DNA of 64,000 nucleotides from NCBI GenBank assembly GCA_049322955.1, contig JBMOPU010000012.1, forward strand, positions 472,150 through 536,149, in the 5' to 3' direction. Origin of the DNA: Patescibacteria group bacterium. GTDB lineage: Bacteria; Patescibacteriota; Microgenomatia; UBA10105; UBA927. Below the pieces are notes generated by a model. The model was not told where the DNA came from. It saw only the letters and a list, made by a program, of their open reading frames with translations, and ran no database searches. The translations under genes and the position numbers were made by a program. Each line of letters starts with the position of its first letter. The first letter of the stretch is position 1. Below are positions 9,663 through 21,730 of the stretch, one piece after another.

Positions 9663-11447
9663 TTACCGTGCCCGGCGTATTTGGTACACTTTCGTTTTTC
9701 CCCGTGCGTACACAAGATCGTATTCCCAGGTTGATGCTTCAGGAAACTCCAGGGCGACGGATTCGGAAAACGGCGTTTCATAGGAGTTAGTTTCACCGAC
9801 AAACACATAACGGGGCAACTCTTTCCTCGTGTTCCTTAGTTGTTCCATATCAACAGGATTTGTGTGATAGGTGGTAATACGTCTTTGTATGATTGCAGGT
9901 ATCCATAGCCCCGCATCGTCATAGCTATTCCAAATTACGTCGGTTTCCGTGGATATGCGGCGAAGGTAGTTCATTGCGGCCAGATCATTTGCCGTCACCA
10001 TATTTTTTTCTCGCGCCACCCGTTCATACTGGAACACGCGCATCCGGGGTGTGCTGATTGCCATAAAAAGGATACACGCCAGAATATACGCCCATGTGTT
10101 TTTTTCCTTCAGGCGGGTGAAAAAAAGCGCAAGCAGGTAACTTATCGGAATAAGCATAAACAATACCAGTCGATACGGGTACAAGAGTGACGAAAACGGG
10201 ACCCACCAATGCCTTGCGTTTGCAACAAAGAAATACAGCCAAGCAACCGTATAGATGATAAACAACGAAAGTTTCGGCAAGCGTTTCCATAAGAAAATGA
10301 AAGCAATGCCTGAAAGGAACAGTAATTGCCGGTCGGTGATGTCACCGATCATTGCCGTTATCTGCCTGAGACCGGCAAGAGAAAACATGCCGTTCCACCG
10401 TGCTGTTTCGTCGGCATGTAACCCCCGAATAAAGGCCGCTGTCGTCTCGGAGAGCGACCAGGACATAGAAAAAAATTTAACCACAAACGGCAGAAGCATT
10501 ACCGTAACCGTGAGGAAAGAAATGGTGATCGGCATTCGAATCGACGGTTGCCTTAGATGTTTCAGAAATAAAACCATGATAACGGGAAGGCCGATATAGA
10601 GGACCGCGATGACAAACATATAATTCGTGAGGAACGAGGCGCATACAAGAACCATTGCCAGAAACCTCGGCCACGCCCGCGATGCACCGGAAAGCAACAA
10701 CGCGACCGCGAGGAATAAAAAAGAAAGGGAAAGCACGGACGGATTGGCGCCCCAGGTGACAAAAAAATGGGGATTCGCACTTGTCCATCCGACGATTCCC
10801 GCGACCATGACGCTCATTGTCGGCGTAAATTTCGAACGAAGCATAAGATACAGCGAGTAATCGAAGAGAAAATGTACCAGTGCGGTAAGCAGGAGCGCAT
10901 TGGCATAGGGGGGCAGGGTATTCACCCTGCTCATGACGGCGATAACGGTGGAAAAGCCGAACGGGTACAGTCCGAACGTGTCGACGGGAACAATCGGCAT
11001 AAGCGTCATCGGGAATGCATTTTTTTGCAAAATAACCGTTGCAATATATGTGTGCATCGACATGTCCTGTCCGCTCGGAACATATTGGCCGGCAAAAAAC
11101 AAAACCTGGGGAACGGCGATAAAAAGAAAAAATAACGGCACGATGCCACTTCCGAAATATGCCGCAAATCCTTTGCTATATGAGGCGTGTTTCCCGAGAG
11201 CAACATACACGATGCCCGTAGCCATGAGGGTTACCACGATAAGTGTCCCGAGCGAAAGGGGAACGAGGGAAAGCCACCAAAATGCGATTATCCAATAACT
11301 CAATGAGACGGCAATACACAGGGGAAGCTTTTCGATGACGGAAAGGGGAGAAAAAATTTCTTTTCTCAAGAGAATCAGGATGCCGGGAAGAAAAAAAACA
11401 CCGAGTGTCGCAAGCGTTGCTCCGATCATGCCCTCATTATCAACCAA
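9663..11447 (-). CDS. Polytopic membrane protein, putative GT-C-type glycosyltransferase (ArnT/PMT-like)
   Basis: The 594-aa protein has more than 12 predicted TM helices and a C-terminal soluble domain. The topology resembles GT39/GT83 lipid-carrier-dependent glycosyltransferases. No sharp motif was identified. Confidence 0.4.
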   Translation of the reverse strand: MVDNEGMIGATLATLGVFFLPGILILLRKEIFSPLSVIEKLPLCIAVSLSYWIIAFWWLSLVPLSLGTLIVVTLMATGIVYVALGKHASYSKGFAAYFGSGIVPLFFLFIAVPQVLFFAGQYVPSGQDMSMHTYIATVILQKNAFPMTLMPIVPVDTFGLYPFGFSTVIAVMSRVNTLPPYANALLLTALVHFLFDYSLYLMLRSKFTPTMSVMVAGIVGWTSANPHFFVTWGANPSVLSLSFLFLAVALLLSGASRAWPRFLAMVLVCASFLTNYMFVIAVLYIGLPVIMVLFLKHLRQPSIRMPITISFLTVTVMLLPFVVKFFSMSWSLSETTAAFIRGLHADETARWNGMFSLAGLRQITAMIGDITDRQLLFLSGIAFIFLWKRLPKLSLFIIYTVAWLYFFVANARHWWVPFSSLLYPYRLVLFMLIPISYLLALFFTRLKEKNTWAYILACILFMAISTPRMRVFQYERVAREKNMVTANDLAAMNYLRRISTETDVIWNSYDDAGLWIPAIIQRRITTYHTNPVDMEQLRNTRKELPRYVFVGETNSYETPFSESVALEFPEASTWEYDLVYARGKTKVYQIRRAR

Positions 11448-12202
11448 TAGGCAGTGGCGGCGATAATTCTATAAATACCAAACCAGGTGAATGTACCGTG
11501 CGCGACAAATTTGATAAAACCTTTTATCACGAAGAGCGCCGTTATCCAGGAAACGATAAATCCGATCGCGAGCAGTCCGTATTCGTTCGGTGTAAAGAAA
11601 TGGGCACTTTTGAGGAGATCCAGACCGGTAGCCGCCGCCATCGTCGGTACCGCCAGCAGGAAAGACAGCTCGACCGCATCTGATCTGCTTAATCCCGAAA
11701 ACATGCCGCCCACAATCGTCGAAGCCGAGCGGGAAACGCCGGGGATCATCGCAAACGCCTGAAATAGACCGATGAGCATAAGTTTCCCCGGGGGAAGGGT
11801 CAGAACCGTTTCCTGAGTTTTTGCCGGGTGTTTTTTCCAATACCATTCGAGTCCGATAAGGAGTGCGCCTATTCCTGCGAGATTAACCACAACCAGCAGG
11901 TCATTTGCCAGCAGATATGTTTTTACTACTTTATACAGCAACAGTCCTCCTATGCCGGTCGGAATAAATGCGATTACGAGCGGTTTAATGAGTGACGGCT
12001 GTTTGACAATTTTTGCAAAATAGAGTGTTACGACCGACATAATCGCGCCGAGTTGAATGATGATGTCAAAACTTTTCGTAAATTCCGTCTCAGGAATACC
12101 CAGCAGTTTTGTGGCAAGAATAAGATGACCCGTCGAGGAGACGGGAAGAAACTCGGTAATACCCTCTATGATTGAGAGCAACAATGCATGGATAGGTTCC
12201 AT
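11426..12202 (-). CDS. uppP: Undecaprenyl-diphosphatase
   Basis: The N-terminus LLSIIEGITEFLPVSSTGHL is the UppP/BacA signature. The protein is 258 aa with multiple TM helices. Confidence 0.9.
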   Translation of the reverse strand: MEPIHALLLSIIEGITEFLPVSSTGHLILATKLLGIPETEFTKSFDIIIQLGAIMSVVTLYFAKIVKQPSLIKPLVIAFIPTGIGGLLLYKVVKTYLLANDLLVVVNLAGIGALLIGLEWYWKKHPAKTQETVLTLPPGKLMLIGLFQAFAMIPGVSRSASTIVGGMFSGLSRSDAVELSFLLAVPTMAAATGLDLLKSAHFFTPNEYGLLAIGFIVSWITALFVIKGFIKFVAHGTFTWFGIYRIIAATAYWLIMRA

Positions 12203-12267
12203 GGTTCACATCATACCAGATTACCCCGCATGATGATGATCGTATATATATCGCGTATAATACGCGT

Positions 12268-12813
12268 ATGTTGAAACTCAAGGCAAAGGAACTACGCACG
12301 ACGGAAGTTGATCCTGTGGTGGCGGCATCTCTTCCTAAAAATCCCGTCACGATCATTTGCGACAATGTGTTGGATACCTACAATGTCGGATCGATTTTTC
12401 GCCTTGCGGATGCGGTGGCGGCGGAGAAAGTGATCCTTTGCGGTGCAACGCTCACTCCTCCCAATTCGCGTATCAAAAAAGCATCGATCAATACGACGGG
12501 ATGGGTGAATTGGGAATATGAGGAGACGGCCGCTCGAGCCATCACCAAACTTAAGGAAAAAACTCCGGAGATTCAGGTGGTTGCGGTGGAACAGGATCCG
12601 CGAAGCAAGGTTTTTTATAAGGTTAACTATGCACTGCCGCTTGCCATCATTGTAGGAAATGAGACGACCGGAGTGACCAAAGAGGTGCTTGATATGGCGG
12701 ATATTATCGTCGAAATGCCCATGTGGGGGATTAATACCTCGCTCAATGTCATGGTTTCAACAGGCATTATTTTATACGAAATCATGAAACGCGCTCCCGA
12801 TCCTGCGTCGTGA
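12268..12813 (+). CDS. SpoU/TrmH-family RNA 2'-O-methyltransferase
   Basis: DNV.DTYNVGSIFR.ADA....VIL.G, GNETTG and NVMVSTGIILYE are SPOUT methyltransferase motifs. Confidence 0.8.
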   Translation: MLKLKAKELRTTEVDPVVAASLPKNPVTIICDNVLDTYNVGSIFRLADAVAAEKVILCGATLTPPNSRIKKASINTTGWVNWEYEETAARAITKLKEKTPEIQVVAVEQDPRSKVFYKVNYALPLAIIVGNETTGVTKEVLDMADIIVEMPMWGINTSLNVMVSTGIILYEIMKRAPDPAS

Positions 12814-12867
12814 TCCACACATATTTGAGGACTACTTTCGTCCGGTTCATTTGTTTATGATTGATGT

Positions 12868-13857
12868 ATGAAAGGCCATGAGATCAGGATTCGCTTCTCT
12901 CCTGCGGTATTTATCGCATCATTCCTATTTGTGAGCGTTTCATTTATCAGTATTGGATACTTATCCATGCGTATTTTTACCCTAGTGCAACGAAACACCG
13001 GAAAAAAACCGTCTGCGATCATCCCGTTTCAAAAAGATACCCTCTCGCGACCGGAATCGGATCTTCCCGGATTTTACGAGCCGAAAGCGAATACCGTCAA
13101 TGAAATAACTCCCGAGTGGCTCGGAAAAAAAGTGGAGCATCATATCAATAGCGACGGGCTAAGGGATAACCGTGAGTATGAAAAGGATAAACCGGAGAAT
13201 GTCTTTCGCATAGCGGTCATGGGGGATTCATTCACGTACGGGCTTTTTGTCGGCGATGATGATCCCTATCCGAAGCAACTTGAAGTGTTGGCGAATACAT
13301 GTGGCGCAGATAAGAAAATTGAAGTGATTAATTTCGGAGTTCCCGGCTACGACCTTGAAATGTCGGCATACCGGTATGATTTTCGGATAAAAGACTATAC
13401 TCCCGACCTTATCGTCTGGTACCTTATCGAGAACGACTTTGATGAGTATAATTCGCTGGTGCAGGATCTTTGGGTCAATATAAAAGAAATGCTCATCGCG
13501 GAAAATATCCCCTATGAACGGTTTGCCCCGGAAACGGCGGAAATACTTGAAAGTGTCATTACCGGAAGATTAGGCGACTCCTTCATTCCCGACCATCAAA
13601 TAGGCAAATTACGCGAGTGGGCAAAGGGCGTCGATATTCCCTTTGTTATCGTGACGGATAGCAAGTTGCCCAAAAGGTACCATGATGCGGTAGCAGGGGT
13701 GATAGCGGAATACCCTAACGGAAAATACCTGGATACCATTCGTTACGATAACGCTTTTTCCGAAGGGCATCCGAGTCCAGCGAGTCATGCCATTATCGCA
13801 AAATCAATAATTAGCTATCTCAGAAAAGAATCATTACTTCCGTGCTCTCTCCGGTAG
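12868..13857 (+). CDS. Membrane-anchored SGNH/GDSL hydrolase (paralog 1)
   Basis: An N-terminal TM helix is followed by the MGDSFTYG GDSL block and a C-terminal SEGHPSPASH region. It is a paralog of the two downstream copies. Confidence 0.75.
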   Translation: MKGHEIRIRFSPAVFIASFLFVSVSFISIGYLSMRIFTLVQRNTGKKPSAIIPFQKDTLSRPESDLPGFYEPKANTVNEITPEWLGKKVEHHINSDGLRDNREYEKDKPENVFRIAVMGDSFTYGLFVGDDDPYPKQLEVLANTCGADKKIEVINFGVPGYDLEMSAYRYDFRIKDYTPDLIVWYLIENDFDEYNSLVQDLWVNIKEMLIAENIPYERFAPETAEILESVITGRLGDSFIPDHQIGKLREWAKGVDIPFVIVTDSKLPKRYHDAVAGVIAEYPNGKYLDTIRYDNAFSEGHPSPASHAIIAKSIISYLRKESLLPCSLR

Positions 13858-13879
13858 AACGTGCAACATATTATCTTAT

Positions 13880-14872
13880 ATGACAAGAAACTCTCATAGA
13901 TGTTTCGTCGTGGTTTTGATATTTCTTTCCTTGCTTCTTACGGGATCTTCTTTGTGGATAGGAATAACCATATTGATCAATTTACTAAAAAAAACACAGA
14001 TAGTAATACCCCTTGCCGTCGGGCAAATTGATGTGCCTTCTGGCAGTTCACTCAAGCATTACTATAGCTTTACGTCCGAAAAAGAGCTTATTTATAGAAT
14101 ACCATGGTCGGATGAGTATAAAAAAAATACAACCAACAAGGACGGTCTTGTAGATCGGTTCGATTATGAAACTGCCAAGCCAGCAAGGTCATTCCGCATT
14201 ATTTCATTGGGAGACTCATTTACACAGGGCATTATGGTAGAAACCGAGGAGAGTTACCCGGAACGGTTGGAAGAATTCTTGCGCTATGAAGATTTTCCCT
14301 GGACGCGGCAAGTTGAAGTGCTTAATTTTGGTGTCGGAGGTTATGACATAGAGTATAGTGTGAATAAGTTAAGAGTACAGGGAATTAAATATAATCCAGA
14401 TTTGCTTATTTGGTTGGTTAAATTTGATGATTTTTTTCTCATAAATGAAAAAATGATACAAGCGCGCGGCTCTTTTCAGGAGGAGTTAGAATCAGCCGGT
14501 ATCCAATTAGAAAACGGTAAATTGGCAAATTTCTACGGTGTAATAGATCGGGTAGGAGAGTTATATGCCCGTTCATATAATGCAAAGTCGCTATTGAATT
14601 ACCAAATCAATAAACTTGCGAAAGTCCGTACTTTTTACCATAAAAAAATACTTTTTTTATATTTTGAAAACGAGCATCCGCTCATTATTGATATACTCAA
14701 TTCTTTGAGAAAAAATGATGAGAATATCGCAGTCCTTGCCCTTCCTTCTGATATTTCGAGGTTTCCCGACGGTCATCCGAATGCGAATGGATATGAAAAG
14801 ATTGCCAATGTTCTTGTACCAAATGTATCAGCAATTATTCGTCACCATGATAATATGATTACGTTACCATAG
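13880..14872 (+). CDS. Membrane-anchored SGNH/GDSL hydrolase (paralog 2)
   Basis: TM anchor, LGDSFTQG block and C-terminal DGHPNANG. It is collinear with paralogs 1 and 3. Confidence 0.75.
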   Translation: MTRNSHRCFVVVLIFLSLLLTGSSLWIGITILINLLKKTQIVIPLAVGQIDVPSGSSLKHYYSFTSEKELIYRIPWSDEYKKNTTNKDGLVDRFDYETAKPARSFRIISLGDSFTQGIMVETEESYPERLEEFLRYEDFPWTRQVEVLNFGVGGYDIEYSVNKLRVQGIKYNPDLLIWLVKFDDFFLINEKMIQARGSFQEELESAGIQLENGKLANFYGVIDRVGELYARSYNAKSLLNYQINKLAKVRTFYHKKILFLYFENEHPLIIDILNSLRKNDENIAVLALPSDISRFPDGHPNANGYEKIANVLVPNVSAIIRHHDNMITLP

Positions 14873-14875
14873 AAT

Positions 14876-15553
14876 ATGGCGAAAATTATATTTTTAATTG
14901 CCTGCATAAGCCTTATAGCTTTCGGAGTGTTATCAAAATATGAGGATAGGCAATTTATGAGGAATCTTGACTATGCCGTAACGGTCAAGGTGCAGGATCG
15001 CATTGATACATCGTCCCATCTTCGTCTCGCATCACTGGTGGGGAACACCATGGAAGGAGCGACGTTTTTCGCAAGCCCCGGATTTACGGTACTGGTAACC
15101 CTTATCGTTACGGGTATCCTTTTATACGATCGACGGAAGAAATCCTGTCGAGTATCCGGTCTTATTGTTCCCTTAGCGCTTATTGCCATCGTCGTTTTTG
15201 AGATATACGGAAAATCCATCGTGCATCATCCGTCGCCGCCGTTTGCTATGGTGAAGCATCCGACCACGATATTTCCCGCCGATTACGTAAACGAGCAATA
15301 TTCGTATCCGTCGGGGCACGCGGCACGATCGCTATTTATGGCGATTATCATCGGAATCGCACTGTGGCGTGAAGGGATACGAAAAAAGTATATATACACC
15401 GGTGCAATCCTGTTGTTATCAGGATATGTGTTGCTCGTTTCCGTAAGCAAGGTCTATCTCGGGCATCATTGGTTTTCCGATGTCGTGGGCGGATTACTGC
15501 TCGGGGCATCCTTTGGGTTGTTGAGCGCAATCACCGTATTGCGAAAGATATGA
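14876..15553 (+). CDS. PAP2-family phosphatase (membrane)
   Basis: YPSGHAARS and SKVYLGHHWFSDV PAP2 motifs, with multiple TM helices. Confidence 0.8.
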   Translation: MAKIIFLIACISLIAFGVLSKYEDRQFMRNLDYAVTVKVQDRIDTSSHLRLASLVGNTMEGATFFASPGFTVLVTLIVTGILLYDRRKKSCRVSGLIVPLALIAIVVFEIYGKSIVHHPSPPFAMVKHPTTIFPADYVNEQYSYPSGHAARSLFMAIIIGIALWREGIRKKYIYTGAILLLSGYVLLVSVSKVYLGHHWFSDVVGGLLLGASFGLLSAITVLRKI

Positions 15554-16566
15554 AATTGTCGCGGAGACGTGTTGCCGTTCTATTCGTTGGGTTTGTCGAA
15601 ATTTTCCTTATCATCGCCCTTTTGCTTCTTATTACCGGTAAAGCAAAATCCCTTATCCCTGATCCGCAATATGCCATTCACCTGAAAAGCGACCATTACC
15701 GTACCGTGATAAAAAGCGACCGGTTTCCTCATTATTATGAACCGCAACCGGACACCGTCATAAATGATCACCCTGTCTGGCTCGGTGAGCACGTGAGTTA
15801 CTCCATCAACCACGACGGTTTGAATGAGCGAATGGATTACCCCGTGGCACGGGTGCCCGGCGTGAATCGGATCATCACGTTGGGTGATTCATTCACCTAC
15901 GGTCTTTTCGTCAATACGACGGAAAATTATTCCGAACGATTGGAAGATCTGCTGAATTCCGAGGTGTGTAAAGAGAACGGCGAAAGTTTTGAGGTTATAA
16001 ACCTCGGGGTACCGGCATACGATATCGGGTATGCCGCCGAACGATACCGGCTTCGCGGGACAAAATATCATCCCGATCTTGTAATCTGGTGGTTCAATTC
16101 ATTTACCATGGGGATTGATGCGGAACGAAAGACCGCGCTGGAAGAACAATATCTGAATGAAATACCCGAAGGAGATCGGTGGCGAACGGTTGACGGAAAG
16201 GAACAATTTTATCCGGGGATGCTCGCATGGCTGACGCATACAAAAGAAGCCACGCTCGAAAAGCGTGAAATGCGGCAAGCGTTCTATCTACGGGAATTCC
16301 TGCAATCCTTTGAAGGATCGCTGTTAATCGTGGCCAACGATTGGGACACCTGGTCGGCTTCCTCGCGGAAAGCACTTACTTCGGCACTTTTGTATCGGGA
16401 TAATGTACGATTACTTCCCGTATCGAAGCTGTTACGAAGAGGTGAAACGCTGTTAGCGGATGAACACCCAAATAGAGAAGGGCATAGGCGTATGGCTAAT
16501 CTGCTCTATGAAACGCTTCTCGATATGAGGCTCTTGCCGTGTCTCAACACGCACCTTGACGAATAG
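15550..16566 (+). CDS. Membrane-anchored SGNH/GDSL hydrolase (paralog 3)
   Basis: The start ATG overlaps the PAP2 stop (ATGA). It has a TM anchor, an LGDSFTYG block and a C-terminal DEHPNREGH region. Confidence 0.75.
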   Translation: MKLSRRRVAVLFVGFVEIFLIIALLLLITGKAKSLIPDPQYAIHLKSDHYRTVIKSDRFPHYYEPQPDTVINDHPVWLGEHVSYSINHDGLNERMDYPVARVPGVNRIITLGDSFTYGLFVNTTENYSERLEDLLNSEVCKENGESFEVINLGVPAYDIGYAAERYRLRGTKYHPDLVIWWFNSFTMGIDAERKTALEEQYLNEIPEGDRWRTVDGKEQFYPGMLAWLTHTKEATLEKREMRQAFYLREFLQSFEGSLLIVANDWDTWSASSRKALTSALLYRDNVRLLPVSKLLRRGETLLADEHPNREGHRRMANLLYETLLDMRLLPCLNTHLDE

Positions 16567-16585
16567 GATAGTTGCCTCGTATAAT
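16556..16585 (+). promoter_or_regulatory. Near-consensus sigma70-type promoter (TTGACG-N18-TATAAT)
   Basis: TTGACG lies at 16556-16561 and TATAAT at 16580-16585. The element spans the SGNH stop codon, about 300 nt upstream of the 16S 5' end and about 50 nt upstream of a terminator. Confidence 0.4.
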
Positions 16586-16635
16586 ACGAAAACAATGAGT
16601 GATTAGGAGCTACGCCAAGGATTTCTCAACAGAAA

Positions 16636-16658
16636 CCCCGCATGGCGGGGCTTTTTTT
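16636..16658 (+). terminator. Rho-independent terminator (CCCCGC-AUG-GCGGGG + U7)
   Basis: A perfect 6-bp GC stem with a 3-nt loop is followed by CTTTTTTT. Confidence 0.75.
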
Positions 16659-16879
16659 CGCTCTTGTGATAATCGAATCTGTCCAGAAGAGATAAAGAGT
16701 ATTTGAATAGAAACAGCGCAGTGCCCTTGCTTTCGCGCGAAAGCGAAAGTCAGCTTGGCTGAGGCACGTCGAGCAAAACGCAAGTTTTCTCTCGAGATTG
16801 CCCTTTAACAATCGAATGGTGATAGGTATTTTTTTGATGTAGTCAGTTTTAGTCAAACTAAAGCTCCTACGTCAATTTT

Positions 16880-18379
<1,500 letters not shown>

Positions 18380-18587
18380 CTATTTGAAAAATATCGATCG
18401 ATCGAGATATCTCGCAATTAGCGGGATGGTCTTTGATATTTTTCTCTCAAAACCCTAGATCCTATGCATCTATCTATGCGTTGCTTCCGCTTTATGCGGT
18501 GTGACCGTACCTATGTGCTCTGGATCCCTATCACCATCCGGTTGTTAAAGGCCGATGACCCGACAAAACGTCGGGTGTAACAAATAG

Positions 18588-18611
18588 TCCGCCCTTTGTG
18601 GCGGATTTTTT
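18588..18611 (+). terminator. Rho-independent terminator just 3' of 16S
   Basis: TCCGCC-CTTTGT-GGCGGA is followed by TTTTTTG. No 23S or tRNA follows. Confidence 0.7.
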
Positions 18612-18658
18612 GTGGCTATCGTTGTGTTTTATTGCGGATATGCCATAATATTCCGAGT

Positions 18659-19348
18659 ATGAAGAAGCAGGCTACCGATCTTTCAACATTATTCGCTGAT
18701 GCCTATGCCGTTATATGGGATATGGATGGCGTGTTGATCGATTCCGAATCCTATCATTTTGCCGCGCACGTAGCCGCTCTTGCGGAGTTTGGTGTGCCCC
18801 TTACTGAGGATTACTATAAAGAACACGGTGTCGCGGTTGATCCCCAACAGTTTTATCAAAAAGCATTTGCTTCTGCGGGCAAACCGTTTGATGACCGTAT
18901 TTTTCTCAAAGCGCATTATCGGAAAATCGCGTTGTATCAAAAGTCACAGCGGGAACAGGGGATCAAGCTTATCGCTCCCGCGGCAACCATTGTGAAGCGT
19001 CTCTACAACAACGGTGTTCTCATGGCTATCGCCTCGCAGGTTGATCGTGAGGAGGTAACAAGAAATCTTCGCGGGACGGGACTGTTGGAATTTTTCCCCA
19101 TTGTCGTTTCGGGAGGGGATTTCGGGCTCAAAAAAAAGCCTGCGCCCGATATCTATAACAAAGCGGTGGAAATATTAAACGTCGAACCTGAAAAATGTGT
19201 CGCCATTGAAGATTCGCTCGTCGGAGTCAAATCGGCCCTTGCGGCGGGTGTTCCATGCCTTGCCGTTCCCAACGCATTTACCAGACACCAAAAATTTCCC
19301 GGTGAAGCGATCATCACCGATTTTTCCGCCATTGCCAAAGCAATATAG
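18659..19348 (+). CDS. HAD-family hydrolase (beta-phosphoglucomutase-like)
   Basis: VIWDMDGVLIDSE (DxDG), ..ASQV.. and EDSLVGVKSALAAG HAD motifs. The start was moved to the Met after the 16S terminator. Confidence 0.8.
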   Translation: MKKQATDLSTLFADAYAVIWDMDGVLIDSESYHFAAHVAALAEFGVPLTEDYYKEHGVAVDPQQFYQKAFASAGKPFDDRIFLKAHYRKIALYQKSQREQGIKLIAPAATIVKRLYNNGVLMAIASQVDREEVTRNLRGTGLLEFFPIVVSGGDFGLKKKPAPDIYNKAVEILNVEPEKCVAIEDSLVGVKSALAAGVPCLAVPNAFTRHQKFPGEAIITDFSAIAKAI

Positions 19349-19363
19349 TAGAATACAAGAGCA

Positions 19364-21730
19364 ATGATTCGTCGGCATCGCGGAATAATCGTACTTCTCG
19401 GGCTCACCATCCTCCTTACATTGGCAGTCTTTCGGCAATTTTTTTTGTACGGCAATATCCCCGTGCCGGCAAGTTTTCAAATGGCGTGGTATGAGCCATG
19501 GAAATCTGCTTTTAGTACAAACGGAATCCCTACAATCGTGCACAAGGCGGTAGGAGATGACGTTTTTCGACAGATTTTTCCGTTTCGCGATCTGGCCGCC
19601 GAAATACTCACTTCACGGGAAGTGCCTCTGTGGAATCCGTACGGAGGCGCGGGGCAACCGCTACTCGCCACACTGCATACGGGTATCGCCAATCCGCTAT
19701 CATTCCTGCAGTTGTTTGACGGGATAACGGGTTGGGCTTGGTTTATCATCCTTCAGCTTCCTCTGCTTTTTTTGAGTACGTATTGGTATATGCGGGCGAT
19801 TGGCATAGGGAGAGAGGGCGCAATGCTTGCCGCAATAAGCCTTTGTCTTTCGGGGGTGGCGATAGTCCGCTACATCTACGGTGATTATCTCTACGCATTG
19901 GCTTCACTCCCGTTACTCCTGGGATGTATTGAGCGGGCAAGAACAAATCGCAGGATATTACTCGCTGTCCCGTGGATAACGGCGTTTCTTCTCGTTTCGG
20001 TACAGCCGCAGATTTCCGGGTATGTGCTGATTGCCGTTTTTTCCTATGGAGCCATCCTGGCCCGACCTTTCATACTATCATTCATACTCTTTGTCGCAAT
20101 GGGAATAGGATTGTCCCTCATACAACTTATCCCGACGCTTGAGTTGTACCGGGCGGCAAACGTTACCGCTACTTCCTCCGCATTTATTTTTGAAAAATTT
20201 CTTATGCCCGTCCAGCATCTTATTACGATTGCGCTTCCGAACTTTTTCGGCAATATCGGCACGTATAACTTTTGGGGAACGACCGACTATGTCGAAACGG
20301 CGGCAAGTATCGGTTTGGTGCCGCTTACGTTGGCCGTTATTGCGGTCGTGCTTATCCGCACGTCATCCCGGCTTTTTCGGACCACGCGTTTTCTCACGTG
20401 GGCGACCGTCCTGTGTATCATTGCAACCCTTGATTTTACGGTGACGGCATGGGTGTATCGGTTGCCGCTTCCCGTGCTTGCAACCAGTATTCCGACAAGA
20501 ATATATTTGCTTTCTACTTTTTTTCTTGCCGTCTTAGGAGGCATAGGATTTGACTATGTCAGGACACAAAAAGGGAGGAATATGCGAGGGATCATAAAAA
20601 TATACGGCACACTTCTTATCACAGCACTCTGCATCATCGCGGTAACATACGGCATGGGCAGGGGGGGAATGCTTCCCTGTCCTTCCGGAGTGCCTCATTG
20701 TATCAGCGTTGCCGTAAGGAACGGCCTGTTTGAAATAGGTGTCTTTATAACCGTTGGGATGATATTTTTTGCAGGCTCCATCGGTCGTTCACAATTGTTC
20801 CGGAAAGCCGTTCCTGTTTTTACGGTAATCGTCCTCATCGGTGCGGGTCTGTATAATGCCTCGAAATTTTTGCCGATGAGTCCTCGGGAATACGTTGCAA
20901 AATCACACCCGGTAATGGAACGACTGCGTTCTCTTGCACCCGCGCGTGTTGCCGGGATCGGGAGCGGTGCGTTTGCTACCGACCTAAGCACCCAATACCG
21001 CTATTTTGACACCAACTATTATGACCCGTTATATATACGAAGATACGGCGAGCTCGTATCCTATGTGAACACGGGTGATGAGAAACAGGGCATCACCCGT
21101 AGTGATGTGGCGGTTGTTTCCGACGCAACGGTGAGTGCTACCCTTTCGTCACGGCGTGAACGGTTTTGGGATATGACGGGAACGTCAGTTCTTATCACGA
21201 AAAAATCGGAAATCGCTACGTATCCGGGAATCCCGATAGGGGAAGATACCGTGTGGCGTTTGTATGGACGTCCGTCAGTAATGCCGCGGGCGTATCTTGT
21301 GAATTCTCTTACGGTAGAATCAGATTCGCAAAAGATGCTAGCCCGCATGTTTGCGCCCGATACGGATCTTACCAAAACCGCCTTTGTCGATACCTCAATC
21401 CTTCTTGTTCCCGATCCCAAGAAACCGCAGGGAGGAACGGTAACGATTGACCGTTATGAAACACAGCGGATCACTCTTAGTGTAGAAGCCGCACAAGATT
21501 CGTTTCTTGTTTTATCCGACACGTATTATCCCGGATGGAAAGCGGATATTGACGGCAATGAAGTGCCGGTGTATCGAACCAACTATGCGTTCCGGGGCAT
21601 TTCAGTGCCGGAAGGAACTCATATTGTCCGTTTCTATTATGATCCGCTTTCATGGCGGATAGGGCTATTGGGAACACTGGTTTCCCTTATCGTATGGCTC
21701 TTATTTTTTGTAAGAAAAAGTAGCAAGTGA
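19364..21730 (+). CDS. YfhO-family polytopic membrane protein (putative glycosyltransferase)
   Basis: The 788-aa protein has many TM helices. The conserved C-terminal block LSDTYYPGWKADIDGNEVPVYRTNYAFRGISVPEGTHIVRFYY is the YfhO signature. Confidence 0.7.
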   Translation: MIRRHRGIIVLLGLTILLTLAVFRQFFLYGNIPVPASFQMAWYEPWKSAFSTNGIPTIVHKAVGDDVFRQIFPFRDLAAEILTSREVPLWNPYGGAGQPLLATLHTGIANPLSFLQLFDGITGWAWFIILQLPLLFLSTYWYMRAIGIGREGAMLAAISLCLSGVAIVRYIYGDYLYALASLPLLLGCIERARTNRRILLAVPWITAFLLVSVQPQISGYVLIAVFSYGAILARPFILSFILFVAMGIGLSLIQLIPTLELYRAANVTATSSAFIFEKFLMPVQHLITIALPNFFGNIGTYNFWGTTDYVETAASIGLVPLTLAVIAVVLIRTSSRLFRTTRFLTWATVLCIIATLDFTVTAWVYRLPLPVLATSIPTRIYLLSTFFLAVLGGIGFDYVRTQKGRNMRGIIKIYGTLLITALCIIAVTYGMGRGGMLPCPSGVPHCISVAVRNGLFEIGVFITVGMIFFAGSIGRSQLFRKAVPVFTVIVLIGAGLYNASKFLPMSPREYVAKSHPVMERLRSLAPARVAGIGSGAFATDLSTQYRYFDTNYYDPLYIRRYGELVSYVNTGDEKQGITRSDVAVVSDATVSATLSSRRERFWDMTGTSVLITKKSEIATYPGIPIGEDTVWRLYGRPSVMPRAYLVNSLTVESDSQKMLARMFAPDTDLTKTAFVDTSILLVPDPKKPQGGTVTIDRYETQRITLSVEAAQDSFLVLSDTYYPGWKADIDGNEVPVYRTNYAFRGISVPEGTHIVRFYYDPLSWRIGLLGTLVSLIVWLLFFVRKSSK

